From an uncultured Candidatus Saccharibacteria bacterium (GTDB taxonomy: Bacteria; Patescibacteriota; Minisyncoccia; Phycocordibacterales; JACOZG01), in assembly GCA_964399075.1 (NCBI GenBank), contig CAYNPK010000001.1, forward strand, positions 160,961 through 224,960: a DNA stretch of 64,000 nucleotides. The letters are read 5' to 3'. Below the pieces are notes generated by a model that had not been told where the DNA came from, did no database searches, and saw only the letters and a list, made by a program, of their open reading frames with translations. Positions 39,030 through 49,090 of this stretch are shown here, piece by piece (within the stretch, counting starts at the first letter, position 1; each line of letters begins with the position of its first letter). A program made the position numbers and the translations under genes.

Positions 39030-40098
39030 ACTTCTGGCTCAAGTTAAACACGAGTCAGCTGGACTCCGAAGAGGTTACATTATCAACTTTAACGAAGTAC
39101 TAATTAGTATTCGCAAAGCGGTTGCGGAAGCAGAACGAGTAGCAAAAATTAAATTGAATGGCGTCTTTCTCGGAATTGGTGGAATCACTCTAGAATCCAA
39201 AACGACCGAAGGCAGTGTGGCGGTCTCAAATGTCGACCTAGGCGTCACCGAAACTGACATCAAGCGCGTCAGCGAGGCTAGTGAGCGGAGTTTGGGAGAA
39301 TTTCCTAATCGACGAATTATCCACACTCTACCTCTATTCTACAAACTTGACGGCAAAAAAGTTCTTGGCCGACCCGAAGGTCTACAGGGAACAAAATTTG
39401 AAGTTAAAACTTTATTTATCCATTGCTTAAATCAACACCTGCAAGACTTAATTAAGGTGACCGAAGCGGCCGGACTAATTGTGGATGACATTGTGGCCTC
39501 GCCCATTGCCGCCGCCATCACCGCCCTCTCGCCCAGCCAGAAAACCGCCGGCTGTGTTCTGGCTAATATTGGCGCCCAAACCACCTCTATTGTCGTCTTC
39601 GAAGACAGTATTCCGACCGCACTACAAGTCTTCCCTATCGGTTCTAACGACATCACTCACGATATTGCGCTTGGTTTGCAAATTTCCCTGGAAGAAGCTG
39701 AGAAAATGAAAATCGAACGCAATTATCCGGCAACGGTTCAGCGCAAGTTAGATGAAATAACCGAAGCCAGAATGATTGATATTTTAGAACTAATCGAAGG
39801 ACATCTAAAAAAGTTGGGGCGGAACGGTCTTCTGCCAGCCGGTATCATTATTGGTGGCGGTGGTTCTAATGTTTCCAGTATGGAAAAATTAGCAAAAAAA
39901 ATTCTTAATTTACCAGTTAAAATTTTTGACCCCCTCACTGACGGCCCGGCAAAAAATCAATTAAAAAATAACACCTGGATGACCGCTTACGGTTTGTGTT
40001 TGTATGGATTAAGATCAGATACAAGTACGCCCCTATCAGACAAGTTCCGCCAATTTACTCACCGAATTCGACGTTGGATAAACGAATTTTGGCCGTAA
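38938..40098 (+). CDS. ftsA: cell division protein FtsA
   Basis: Actin-fold N-terminus IIAGLDIGTTNIHLVV, directly upstream of ftsZ. Confidence 0.8.
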   Translation: MSRTIIAGLDIGTTNIHLVVCDIGKESRAPRLLAQVKHESAGLRRGYIINFNEVLISIRKAVAEAERVAKIKLNGVFLGIGGITLESKTTEGSVAVSNVDLGVTETDIKRVSEASERSLGEFPNRRIIHTLPLFYKLDGKKVLGRPEGLQGTKFEVKTLFIHCLNQHLQDLIKVTEAAGLIVDDIVASPIAAAITALSPSQKTAGCVLANIGAQTTSIVVFEDSIPTALQVFPIGSNDITHDIALGLQISLEEAEKMKIERNYPATVQRKLDEITEARMIDILELIEGHLKKLGRNGLLPAGIIIGGGGSNVSSMEKLAKKILNLPVKIFDPLTDGPAKNQLKNNTWMTAYGLCLYGLRSDTSTPLSDKFRQFTHRIRRWINEFWP

Positions 40099-40183
40099 AA
40101 ATCATAGTTGCATTTTCTGAAATACCTGTTAACCTTTAAGTTGCCACCGAAGTTTAAATTTATTAAAAAATTAAAGTAAATCT

Positions 40184-41335
40184 ATGCCCAAGCTTGACCC
40201 AGAAATAGAAGCCTTTGCCAGAATCAAAGTGGTTGGTGTTGGTGGATCCGGCACCAATGCGATTAACCACATGATGCGTTGCAACGTTAAAGGAGTGGAG
40301 TTTATTGCCGTCAATACTGACGCTCAAGACCTCCACCATTCTCTAGCCAAGAAGAAGGTTCATATTGGTAAGAACTTAACCAGAGGTTTGGGCACAGGAA
40401 TGAATCCGGAATTGGGATCAAAAGCGGCTGACGAAAGTATCGAAGAAATTCAAGACGTTCTTAAGGGAGCAGATATGGTCTTCCTTGCTTGTGGCACTGG
40501 CGGTGGCACTGGTTCTGGCGCCACCCCGAGAATTGCCAAGGTGGCAAAAGACCAAGGAGTCTTAACAGTGGCCGTTGTGACTAAACCTTTTTTCTTCGAA
40601 GGCAATCAGAGAATGCAAATCTCCGAAAGAGCGATTGAAGAAATCCGAAAAGAAGTAGACGCTCTAATTGTTATCCCTAACGACAGACTGTTAAGTCTGA
40701 TTGATAAAAATACCACTTTTAATACTGCTTTTGCGATGTGCGATGAGATCCTTAGACAAGCGGTAGAAGGAATTTCTGACTTAATCACAATGGAGGGCAT
40801 CATTAACGTTGACTTCGCCGACATCCGCGCTGTCATGACTAATGCCGGACCAGCCCTATTAGGAATCGGCCGGAGCGCTGGTGATAATCGCGCTGTGGAA
40901 GCGGCCAAGGCAGCGATCAACTCGCCGTTGTTAGACATTTCTATTGATGGCGCCAAGGGAGTCCTCTTTGCCATTGCTGGTGATCAAAACATGACCATGT
41001 TCGAAATCCAAGAAGCCGCTAAAGCGGTCATCGAATCAATTGATCCAAGTGCTAAAGTTATCTTCGGCGCCTTCAAGGACGAAAAATTAAATAAAAACGA
41101 AATCAAAGTAACAGTGATTGCCTCCGGTTTCCCAGAAAATGTCAAACGAAAGCCGGTACCAAGCTTAAATCAAAACAAAGAAGAAGATGGGAAAATTATC
41201 AGCGATAACCTAACCAGCAACCCACCAGAAATTAAAACTACCAAAAAGGGAGAGGCAACGCCATTAGCAGAAGAAAATAACGAAGACGATTGGTCCTCTA
41301 TCCCCGCCTTCCTTCGTCGTCCGCGACAAAAATAG
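40184..41335 (+). CDS. ftsZ: cell division GTPase FtsZ
   Basis: GVGGSGTNAINHM and tubulin signature GTGGGTGSGA. Confidence 0.95.
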   Translation: MPKLDPEIEAFARIKVVGVGGSGTNAINHMMRCNVKGVEFIAVNTDAQDLHHSLAKKKVHIGKNLTRGLGTGMNPELGSKAADESIEEIQDVLKGADMVFLACGTGGGTGSGATPRIAKVAKDQGVLTVAVVTKPFFFEGNQRMQISERAIEEIRKEVDALIVIPNDRLLSLIDKNTTFNTAFAMCDEILRQAVEGISDLITMEGIINVDFADIRAVMTNAGPALLGIGRSAGDNRAVEAAKAAINSPLLDISIDGAKGVLFAIAGDQNMTMFEIQEAAKAVIESIDPSAKVIFGAFKDEKLNKNEIKVTVIASGFPENVKRKPVPSLNQNKEEDGKIISDNLTSNPPEIKTTKKGEATPLAEENNEDDWSSIPAFLRRPRQK

Positions 41336-42256
41336 ATGCCATACGAACTCGCGATCATCGGTGGCGGTCCAGCCGGAGTGGCAGCGGGAGTTTATGCTGC
41401 TCGCAAAAATATCAGAACAATCTTGCTGACTGTTGATTTTGGCGGTCAATCAATGGTTTCTGACGATATCCAAAATTGGATTGGCACCAAATCTATTTCT
41501 GGCGCTGACTTGGCGAAACAATTACGAGAACACCTCTATCATTACGAAGGGCCAAACTTTACCATTCAAACTGGAAAAAAAGTAACAAACATAACGACCA
41601 AAAATAAATTATTCACTCTGACAGACGAAGGGGGCCAACAGCACGAAGCTAAGACAGTACTAGTAACCAGTGGCGCCACCAGGCGCAAATTAGATATCCC
41701 GGGCGCGAAAGAATTTGAACAACGCGGTGTCACTTACTGCGCCACCTGCGACGGACCGATGTTCGCTGGTAAGGATGTGGCGGTAATTGGTGGTGGTAAT
41801 GCCGCTTTTGAAACCGCAATTCAACTATTGGCTTATTGCAAAACTGTTACTCTAATCCACCATCGCAATGACTTCCGCGCTGACGCGATTACGGTCAATA
41901 AAGTGAAAAAACAACCGAACTTCCAGCTAATTACCAACGCGGAAACTCAAGAATTTAGAGGTGATAAATTTATCAAAACTCTAGTCTATCGCGACATCAC
42001 TACAGACGAGATTAAACAATTAGAGATCCAGGGTGTCTTCGTCGAAATTGGCTTGGTGCCATCAACTGATTTGGTAAAAAATCTAATCAAGCTTAATCCT
42101 CACGGACAGATTGTCACTGATCCAAGAAATGGACGCACTTCCCTAGCGGGCGTGTGGGCGGCTGGTGATTGTACTGATGGCTTATATCATCAAAATAATA
42201 TTGCCACCGGAGACGCAATTAAAGCTCTGGAAGATATTTATTATTATCTCCACTAA
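41336..42256 (+). CDS. trxB: thioredoxin-disulfide reductase
   Basis: FAD GGGPAG, redox CATCDG, NADPH GGGNAAFE motifs. Confidence 0.9.
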   Translation: MPYELAIIGGGPAGVAAGVYAARKNIRTILLTVDFGGQSMVSDDIQNWIGTKSISGADLAKQLREHLYHYEGPNFTIQTGKKVTNITTKNKLFTLTDEGGQQHEAKTVLVTSGATRRKLDIPGAKEFEQRGVTYCATCDGPMFAGKDVAVIGGGNAAFETAIQLLAYCKTVTLIHHRNDFRADAITVNKVKKQPNFQLITNAETQEFRGDKFIKTLVYRDITTDEIKQLEIQGVFVEIGLVPSTDLVKNLIKLNPHGQIVTDPRNGRTSLAGVWAAGDCTDGLYHQNNIATGDAIKALEDIYYYLH

Positions 42257-42264
42257 AAATTCTA

Positions 42265-43563
42265 ATGAATTTTAAAGTTATTGGCGGTAAAAGTTTATCA
42301 GGAAGCATCACCACGCGCACGGCTAAGAATTCAGCCGTGGCTCTGCTCTGCGCCTCACTGTTAAACAAAGGGAAAACCACTCTCAAAAATATGCCGAAAA
42401 TTGAGGAGGTAAATAGACTAAACGAAGTCTTAAACAGTCTAGACGTTAAAACAATTTGGGAAAAAGATGATCTGACAATTATTCCTCCTACTAAACTTAA
42501 AATCAATAATTTAAATCAAGAAGCCGCGATTAAAACCAGAAGCGTCTTGATGATGCTGGGAGCTCTAGTCCACCACGCGCCAAACTTCAAATTACCTCAT
42601 TCTGGTGGTTGTAAACTCGGCACTAGAACTGTCCGCCCTCACTTATTTGCTCTAGAACAACTAGGGGTCTCAATAATTTCTCTTCACGACAACTATGAGG
42701 TTAAAGCAAAAAAATTGCGCCCAAACGAAATCGTCTTGTACGAAACCGGCGATACGGTGACGGAAAATGTGATTATCGCCGCCTCTTTGATTAAAGGCAA
42801 AACAATCATTAAATACGCTTCGGCTAATTACATGGTGCAAGATCTTTGTCATTATTTGAAATTATTAGGCGTCCAGATAGAAGGGATAGGCACCAGCACT
42901 CTGGTTATCCACGGACAACCAGGAATTAATCAAGATGTGGTCTTCCAAATGAGCGAGGACCCAATCGAGAGCATGCTCTTCATTGCTATTGCCGCTACCA
43001 CTAATTCCAGCATCACCATTCGTCGATGCCCGATTGATTTTCTAGAATTAGAATTGCTCAAACTTAAGAAAATGGGCTGGCGTTACCAAGTGTTAAAAAA
43101 ATACAAGAGCGAGAATAACTTTACCAATCTAGTAGACATCCTCACCAAACCAAGCAAACTTAAAGCACTGGAGGAAAAAATTCACCCCCTACCCTATCCC
43201 GGCATCAACATTGATAATCTGCCATTCTTTGTACCCATTGCCACGCAAGCGAGAGGAACAACCCTAATCCACGACTGGGTTTATGAAAATCGCGCGATTT
43301 ATTATCTGGAAATGGCCAAACTTGGCGCTAACATTATTTTAGCCGATCCGCATCGAGTAATTATTGAGGGGCCAACAGCTTTGCGTGCCACCGAAGTTAT
43401 TTGCCCACCGGCCTTGCGTCCGGCTGCTATTATTCTAATTGGCATGCTAGCGGCCAAAGACACTTCGCTATTGCGAAATGTTTACTCCATTAATCGTGGT
43501 TACGAAGATTTAGCCCAACGCCTAAACAAGCTCGGAGCACAAATTGAGGCTTTTGAAGATTAA
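42265..43563 (+). CDS. murA: UDP-N-acetylglucosamine 1-carboxyvinyltransferase
   Basis: EPT-fold, active-site loop HSGGCKLGTRTVRPH with catalytic Cys. Confidence 0.9.
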   Translation: MNFKVIGGKSLSGSITTRTAKNSAVALLCASLLNKGKTTLKNMPKIEEVNRLNEVLNSLDVKTIWEKDDLTIIPPTKLKINNLNQEAAIKTRSVLMMLGALVHHAPNFKLPHSGGCKLGTRTVRPHLFALEQLGVSIISLHDNYEVKAKKLRPNEIVLYETGDTVTENVIIAASLIKGKTIIKYASANYMVQDLCHYLKLLGVQIEGIGTSTLVIHGQPGINQDVVFQMSEDPIESMLFIAIAATTNSSITIRRCPIDFLELELLKLKKMGWRYQVLKKYKSENNFTNLVDILTKPSKLKALEEKIHPLPYPGINIDNLPFFVPIATQARGTTLIHDWVYENRAIYYLEMAKLGANIILADPHRVIIEGPTALRATEVICPPALRPAAIILIGMLAAKDTSLLRNVYSINRGYEDLAQRLNKLGAQIEAFED

Positions 43564-43567
43564 AAAA

Positions 43568-43639
43568 TGACCCTACCGGGAATCGAACCCGGATTACCGG
43601 CTTGAAAAGCCGATGTCCTAACCGTTAGACGATAGGGCC
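43568..43639 (-). tRNA. tRNA-Glu (TTC)
   Basis: Minus-strand GGCCCTA acceptor, anticodon loop TTTTCAA, GGGTTCGATTCCCGG T-arm. Confidence 0.8.
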
Positions 43640-43717
43640 AAAATACTCTAGGACTGCTTTAGTTTATAGCTTCTAGACCATTTTGGCAAATCAACGCAAA
43701 AATGCTAGCATATTTCT

Positions 43718-43807
43718 GGAGGGTTGGCAGAGTGGTCTAACGCGCCGCACTCGAAATGCGGTTGGGGAGCAATCCCCTCACAGGTTCAAATCCTGTACCC
43801 TCCGCCA
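43718..43807 (+). tRNA. tRNA-Ser (CGA), long variable arm, CCA encoded
   Basis: GGAGGGT acceptor, anticodon loop CTCGAAA, ~20-nt variable arm, terminal GCCA. Confidence 0.85.
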
Positions 43808-43811
43808 ATTT

Positions 43812-44630
43812 TTATAATGGACTTCTAATATTCTTCAACTTGGGATTTGTCACTTGTGTATAAATTTGAGTTGTACGAATGTTTGAGTGTCCAAGTAATT
43901 CTTGCACATAACGAACGTCAGTTCCGTTTTCCAATAAATGTGTCGCAAACGAATGCCTAAGTGAATGAAAAGTTGCAGGTTTACTGATCTTTGCTTTGGC
44001 TAAACTTTTTCTAAATACTTTTTGCAAAGATGTTGTTGTCAATTTCCCACCACGATTTGAGCCAAAGAGAAACTCATTCGTATTTTTACCAGCCACAACG
44101 TTTCGCAAAGCATCTTGCAACTTTTCAGGCAAGACGCTAATTCTGTCTTTTTTACCTTTTGCCCCTTTGATATGTACCACGAGCTCATCGATATCCAAAT
44201 CAGCAACCTTGAGATCGACAACTTCGCTCACGCGCAAACCACAAGCATAACCAAGTGAAATCATCAGTCGATATTTTGTATTATCCGTTGTTTCAATAAT
44301 TTTCTCAATTTCCGCATGGGATAACACTATCGGTAACTTCTTACTCCTTTTAGCAAACTTCAAATCGATTTTTTGAGGATCTTTCAAAACTTCTGCATAC
44401 AAAAACTTAATTGCATTTAGGGCGAGGTTGATTGTTTGTGGAGACTGATTGCGTCTGTGTTTATCAAGCAAAAAATCCTCAAGCGCTTTTTGCTTATTTG
44501 TGATTCCCCTTTCTTTCGAAAAATTGATATACTCTTTTATGTAGAGCAAATAGGCTTTACATGTTTTAGGCGAATAGTTACGTAAACGCAACGCACGATC
44601 AGTTTTATCTAAAACATTTTCCATATTCAA
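43812..44630 (-). CDS. tyrosine site-specific recombinase (phage-integrase / Xer-like)
   Basis: Catalytic box HSLRHSFATHLLENGTDVRYVQELLGHSNIRTTQIYTQV; its stop is 5 nt from the tRNA-Ser 3' end. Confidence 0.85.
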   Translation of the reverse strand: MNMENVLDKTDRALRLRNYSPKTCKAYLLYIKEYINFSKERGITNKQKALEDFLLDKHRRNQSPQTINLALNAIKFLYAEVLKDPQKIDLKFAKRSKKLPIVLSHAEIEKIIETTDNTKYRLMISLGYACGLRVSEVVDLKVADLDIDELVVHIKGAKGKKDRISVLPEKLQDALRNVVAGKNTNEFLFGSNRGGKLTTTSLQKVFRKSLAKAKISKPATFHSLRHSFATHLLENGTDVRYVQELLGHSNIRTTQIYTQVTNPKLKNIRSPL

Positions 44631-44700
44631 AGAATAGCGAAAGTTTGTATAATATACAAGAATTTGTTACAATACGAATGGAAAAGTTAGATAATAACCA

Positions 44701-44727
44701 GTTAGCCGACATATTTTGACGGCAATT
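44701..44727. repeat. left copy of 27-bp inverted repeat bracketing the racemase gene
   Basis: GTTAGCCGACATATTTTGACGGCAATT; reverse complement of 45480-45506 matches at 25 of 27 positions. Confidence 0.7.
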
Positions 44728-44770
44728 TAAAACCAAAGATTTAAAAACTTTTATTTTAAAACAATAAATT

Positions 44771-45460
44771 ATGAAAACAGTAGGAATAATTGGAGGTCTC
44801 GGACCTGAAACAACATCGGAATTTTACCTCGATATAATTTTTTCGTGTCAAAAAAAAGACAGAAGTAGCAGGCCATCTATCATAATCGCCAGCGTTCCTT
44901 TGCCTTATGCAATCGAAGATGAAGCTATATCAAAAAATATTGGGATTGAAAGAATAGCACCTTTCTTAGTTGCAGAGGCAAAGAGACTAGAAAAAGCTGG
45001 CGCTGATTTCTTAGTCATGCCATGCAATTCTCTTCATGTTTTTATCAAAGAAATCAGGAACGCTGTCGATATCCCTGTTTTAAGCATTATTGAAGAAACG
45101 GTAAAATTCCTCAAGACAAATAATTTGAATAAGGTTGGCATAGTATCAACTTCTGCGACGATTCAGAATAAATTATATGAAACTGCATTTGAAAAAAACG
45201 GGATTATTTATGTAACGCCAGATGCTTTCCAACAGGCAAAAATGGGGAAATTTATTCTGAATCTTGTTACTGGTCAACAAAAAAATCGTGACAGAGAAGA
45301 CCTTATTCAAATTATTAATGACTTCGAGAAAAAAGATGTAGATTGTGTTGCACTTGCTTGCACCGACCTCCAATTATTAATTCCTAAACATCCACGATTA
45401 AAAATATTCGACACAATGAAGATACTTGCGGATGCGACTGTTGAGGAGATATTGAAATAA
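44771..45460 (+). CDS. aspartate/glutamate racemase family protein
   Basis: MKTVGIIGGLGPETT N-terminus and two-Cys racemase fold (PCNSLH, ACTDLQ), 229 aa. Confidence 0.8.
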   Translation: MKTVGIIGGLGPETTSEFYLDIIFSCQKKDRSSRPSIIIASVPLPYAIEDEAISKNIGIERIAPFLVAEAKRLEKAGADFLVMPCNSLHVFIKEIRNAVDIPVLSIIEETVKFLKTNNLNKVGIVSTSATIQNKLYETAFEKNGIIYVTPDAFQQAKMGKFILNLVTGQQKNRDREDLIQIINDFEKKDVDCVALACTDLQLLIPKHPRLKIFDTMKILADATVEEILK

Positions 45461-45479
45461 AAGTTTTTAAAATATTGAA

Positions 45480-45506
45480 AATTGCCGTCAAAATACGACG
45501 GCTAAC
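45480..45506. repeat. right copy of 27-bp inverted repeat bracketing the racemase gene
   Basis: AATTGCCGTCAAAATACGACGGCTAAC; contains an internal perfect hairpin GCCGTC-N7-GACGGC. Confidence 0.7.
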
Positions 45507-45612
45507 AGCGTGTATGCGGTTCCGCTTCGCTCCGCCCATATCGCTATCGCGACATCGCATACACGCGTACGTTGTCCGCAATTCCGCTCCGCTCCATTGC
45601 GGATGTCGCACC
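45507..45612. repeat. GC-rich repeat-dense element (nested inverted repeats and direct repeats)
   Basis: GCGTGTATGCG...CGCATACACGC (11-bp IR), CCGCAAT...ATTGCGG, CCGCCCAT...ATGGGCGG, and direct repeats TTCCGCTTCGCTCCGCC / TTCCGCTCCGCTCCATT. Confidence 0.5.
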
Positions 45613-45640
45613 TTGCAAATGGGCGGGAATGTGATATAAT
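45613..45640 (+). promoter_or_regulatory. sigma70 promoter TTGCAA-N16-TATAAT
   Basis: Hexamers read directly, ~70 nt upstream of the 167-aa gene. Confidence 0.55.
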
Positions 45641-45712
45641 GCACTTTTTCGCCACTATCAAGCACGATCGTGGTGGATAAAATAAAAAATTTTATTCTTT
45701 AATTTATACACT

Positions 45713-46216
45713 ATGGAAAACTTTGAGAACAAAGAAAATTTCGCCACTAATACTTTACAGAAACAGCTTATCGATGCAGGTATTGACACTTCTATGTGGG
45801 GCACTGGTCAAGCCAAAACATTAGCGAATCTCCAGAAAGAGATTGAGAGTGGCGAAACTGTTTTAATTACCGGCGAGACTGGTGAATTGTTGAGGAGAGT
45901 TATTGTTGGAGGTGCTGATATCTATTATCAATCGCCAAATGGTAAAAAATATCGCCTGAGAGAAGACCGACAGGTTTTTAAAGATGGACGAGAACGACGC
46001 AGAGATTTAGAGCAAGCTGTTTCTGAAAAAATGAAGCCGGACGAAGACCCCAAAGACGCCATGATCCGTGGGATACAAGAAGAGTTAGGTCTCGGTGACG
46101 AAATTAATTTAACCGAAATGGGAACAGACACACAGCGAGTTACTTCCCCAAGTTATCCTGGATTAGAGTCTGAATATATTCGTCACAAATTCCAAGCAAC
46201 ACTCGTAGATAAATAA
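45713..46216 (+). CDS. NUDIX-like hydrolase (diverged Nudix box)
   Basis: SEKMKPDEDPKDAMIRGIQEELGL parallels the Nudix box GxxxxxExxxxxxxREuxEExGu, with the first Glu of REx2EE replaced by Gly. Confidence 0.4.
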   Translation: MENFENKENFATNTLQKQLIDAGIDTSMWGTGQAKTLANLQKEIESGETVLITGETGELLRRVIVGGADIYYQSPNGKKYRLREDRQVFKDGRERRRDLEQAVSEKMKPDEDPKDAMIRGIQEELGLGDEINLTEMGTDTQRVTSPSYPGLESEYIRHKFQATLVDK

Positions 46217-46574
46217 TTTAATCCTAAAGGATATGTAGAGGAACAATCTAATAAAAGTACATATTTTGTCTGGGAGGAAATAGAATAAATTATGGGAATA
46301 AAATTTACAAATTAACTTAGAGGCAATAGGTTAATTTTTCCCAAATTAAAATCAGAATATAAAAAAGTAGGTTGAAATAAAAAAAGGAGAGCTTCTCGTA
46401 GCTCTCCCTAGGATCAGATTTTGGGGACGATAATGCAGATGCACGGCCCATAGGCCCTAGCCCATCCAATCCTTAGATATATTTAAGCAAATAACTAATC
46501 AGATTGCAAGAGGTTTTTGTCACCTTGTTTTTTCGGCTTGAAATGATAAAATCGAGAGATAACTTTTGGTTTTA

Positions 46575-46647
46575 GGGCGGTTAGCTCAGTTGGTAGAGCG
46601 TTTCTTTGACGTAGAAAAGGTCACAGGTTCGAATCCTGTACCGCCCA
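46575..46647 (+). tRNA. tRNA-Val (GAC)
   Basis: GGGCGGT acceptor, anticodon loop TTGACGT, GGTTCGAATCC T-arm. Confidence 0.85.
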
Positions 46648-46652
46648 CTCGG

Positions 46653-47819
46653 ATGAAAATTCTAGCAATCGAGACTAGTTGTGACGAAACCGCCGTAAGC
46701 GTGATCAACGCTCAAGGTGGCTTAAATAGGCCCAAATTTGAGATTCTTGCCCACTTGGTGGCCTCTCAAGCGGACTTACACGCCCCCTACGGTGGCGTAG
46801 TCCCCTCTCTAGCGAAACGAGAACACGGAAGAAATTTAATCCCCTTATTGATAGCGGCTCTTAAGCAAGCAAAATTAACCAACCCAGGATCTCGTCAGCG
46901 TGATAATCTAACTATCGGCCTAGCCGAACAAGTCCGTCAAATTTTCGATCATGAGTCTGAACTATTAGAAAGGTTTTTGACGGTGATTCCTGGAATCAAA
47001 GCGCCAGCGATTGACCTGCTGGCGGTAACTCAAGGGCCGGGACTGGAACCAGCCTTGTGGACCGGCATCAACTTTGCTCGCGCCCTCTCTCTGGTTTGGA
47101 ATATTCCTCTCTTACCAATTAATCATCTGGAGGGGCACGCCTTAGCGGTTCTAAATAATAATCACAAAATAAATTTTCCGGCGTTAGTTTTATTAATTTC
47201 CGGCGGTCACACTCAACTTGTTTTGATGAAAGATTGGCTTAGGTATCAAACCATCGGCGAAACTAGAGATGATGCTGCCGGTGAAGCCTTCGACAAAGTG
47301 GCAAGAATTCTCGACCTCCCCTACCCCGGCGGACCACAAATTGCCCGCCTCGCTTCCTTGGGTACACCCAAGGAAGCTTATCGTCTACCGCGACCGATGA
47401 TTAACACTAACGATTTTGATTTTTCTTTCTCCGGTCTTAAGACAGCAGCGCTTTATTTAGTAAAAAAAATCCAACCTCTGACGCAAATTACTAAAACCGA
47501 AATTGCTTACGAATTCCAACAAGCGGTGATTGATGTTCTAATTCACAAAACTCTCCAAGCGGTGAAGCGCTACCAACCTAAGACCTTAATTGTTGGTGGT
47601 GGGGTGGCTAACAATGTTGAACTAGGCAAACAGTTGGAACGCAAATTGACTCAAGAATATCCGAAGACTACCCTACTCCTGCCAACGCCAGACTTAAGCA
47701 CTGATAACGCCACGATGATCGCCATCGCTGCTTATTGTCGCTCTCTCAAATATCCAAAAACTAAAACGCAAAAAAAGTCGCCAACCATAGTGGCACGAGG
47801 CACCCTACCCCTTAAATAA
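46653..47819 (+). CDS. tsaD: tRNA N6-adenosine threonylcarbamoyltransferase TsaD (Kae1/Gcp family)
   Basis: ILAIETSCDETAVS, HLEGHALA, SGGHTQL, GGVANNVEL motifs; the track ORF start lies inside tRNA-Val, so the real start is MKIL. Confidence 0.85.
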   Translation: MKILAIETSCDETAVSVINAQGGLNRPKFEILAHLVASQADLHAPYGGVVPSLAKREHGRNLIPLLIAALKQAKLTNPGSRQRDNLTIGLAEQVRQIFDHESELLERFLTVIPGIKAPAIDLLAVTQGPGLEPALWTGINFARALSLVWNIPLLPINHLEGHALAVLNNNHKINFPALVLLISGGHTQLVLMKDWLRYQTIGETRDDAAGEAFDKVARILDLPYPGGPQIARLASLGTPKEAYRLPRPMINTNDFDFSFSGLKTAALYLVKKIQPLTQITKTEIAYEFQQAVIDVLIHKTLQAVKRYQPKTLIVGGGVANNVELGKQLERKLTQEYPKTTLLLPTPDLSTDNATMIAIAAYCRSLKYPKTKTQKKSPTIVARGTLPLK

Positions 47820-47852
47820 TAAGTCTGTTAAAATTAGAGTTAGAAATAAAAT

Positions 47853-48569
47853 ATGACTTTAATAGTTTTCGCTCTGCTTATTGGTTTAATTCCGGCAATA
47901 TTTTGGCTGTGGTTTTGGTTGAAGGAAGATAGGTCTAATCCGGAACCCAAATGGCTAATTATTAGAGTATTCGCGCTAGGTGGCTTAATGATTATTCCAG
48001 CTTTTCTATTACAGAAAGAGATGCACCCTGGAGTAAATATTGAGCTGGCAGAAAATCTAGTTTGGCTAATCGTGATTTGGTCAGTAATTGAAGAGGTTCT
48101 TAAATTTCTTGCCGCCTACTTTGGCGGTTTACGAAGTCGCCACTTCGACGAGCCGATTGATGCAATGATTTATTTAATTACAGCGGCTCTGGGCTTTGTG
48201 GCGATAGAAAACACCCTCTACGCTCTCGGAGCGCTCCAGTCTGACGGCATCACCAGCCTCTCTTTCGTCTTAATGGGAAACCTGCGCTTTATCGGCGCTA
48301 CCGTTGTGCACGTGGTTGCCTCCGCTCTAGTTGGTGGAATGATCGGTCTCGCCTTCTATGGCTCCACCTGGAAGAAGCTAATTTACATCGTGGTTGGCCT
48401 CGGTGGCGCGACGGCATTGCATAGCTTTTTCAATTACACTATAATTAAAGGAGTTGAGTCTGATTTATTTAAAATCTTTCTGCTATTCTGGTTTTTGGCG
48501 CTAATGATCATTCTTTTTTTCGAGAAGATTAAACAAAATATTATTCAATTTAAAATAGATAAGCAATAA
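47853..48569 (+). CDS. prsW: PrsW-family intramembrane protease
   Basis: Polytopic; conserved EEVLKF and FVAIEN motifs. Confidence 0.65.
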   Translation: MTLIVFALLIGLIPAIFWLWFWLKEDRSNPEPKWLIIRVFALGGLMIIPAFLLQKEMHPGVNIELAENLVWLIVIWSVIEEVLKFLAAYFGGLRSRHFDEPIDAMIYLITAALGFVAIENTLYALGALQSDGITSLSFVLMGNLRFIGATVVHVVASALVGGMIGLAFYGSTWKKLIYIVVGLGGATALHSFFNYTIIKGVESDLFKIFLLFWFLALMIILFFEKIKQNIIQFKIDKQ

Positions 48570-48579
48570 TTAAATTATC

Positions 48580-49053
48580 ATGATGCAAAAAAAACGATCA
48601 TTCTTCGAACGCCTAACCGGCAGTGTTTCAGTCAATGAGGATGAAGATTTACTAGAGGAGAAACTAACCGAAAAAGATAAAGACAGGGATAGAGATAATG
48701 ATTGGATTGGCGAGAGTTCCGAAGAGGGCGAACTAACTGTGGATGTCTATCAAACTCCGTCCGAGATTGTGATTAAAACAATGGTAGCCGGTGTTAAACC
48801 CGAAGATCTAAATGTCGCCATCACTCGCGACATGGTGACAATCAAAGGCCGTCGAGAAGAAACTCGCGAGATTCCCAACGATCAATATTTCCAAAGGGAA
48901 CTTTATTGGGGATCATTCTCTCGCGCTATTTTGCTACCAGCCGAAATTGAGGTGGAAGAAGCCGAAGCCATTGAGAAACACGGCTTGTTAACAATCCGCC
49001 TGCTTAAGATAGATAAGGACAAGAGTCAGACTCTCAAAATCAAATCGCTTTAA
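48580..49053 (+). CDS. Hsp20/alpha-crystallin small heat-shock protein
   Basis: Alpha-crystallin domain (VDVYQTPSEIVIKTMVAGVKPEDLNV...GLLTIRL). Confidence 0.85.
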   Translation: MMQKKRSFFERLTGSVSVNEDEDLLEEKLTEKDKDRDRDNDWIGESSEEGELTVDVYQTPSEIVIKTMVAGVKPEDLNVAITRDMVTIKGRREETREIPNDQYFQRELYWGSFSRAILLPAEIEVEEAEAIEKHGLLTIRLLKIDKDKSQTLKIKSL

Positions 49054-49090
49054 ATCTATCTTAATCCTAATCTAATTTCTAATTAATGGG

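Noticed and set aside
44701-45506. Canonical integron attC sites flanking the racemase cassette
   Set aside because: Core-like heptamers are present, but the 27-bp repeats flank the ORF with the core at the distal ends rather than forming a single attC 3' of the ORF; the recombinase is short for IntI. Kept only as 'integron-like/non-canonical'.
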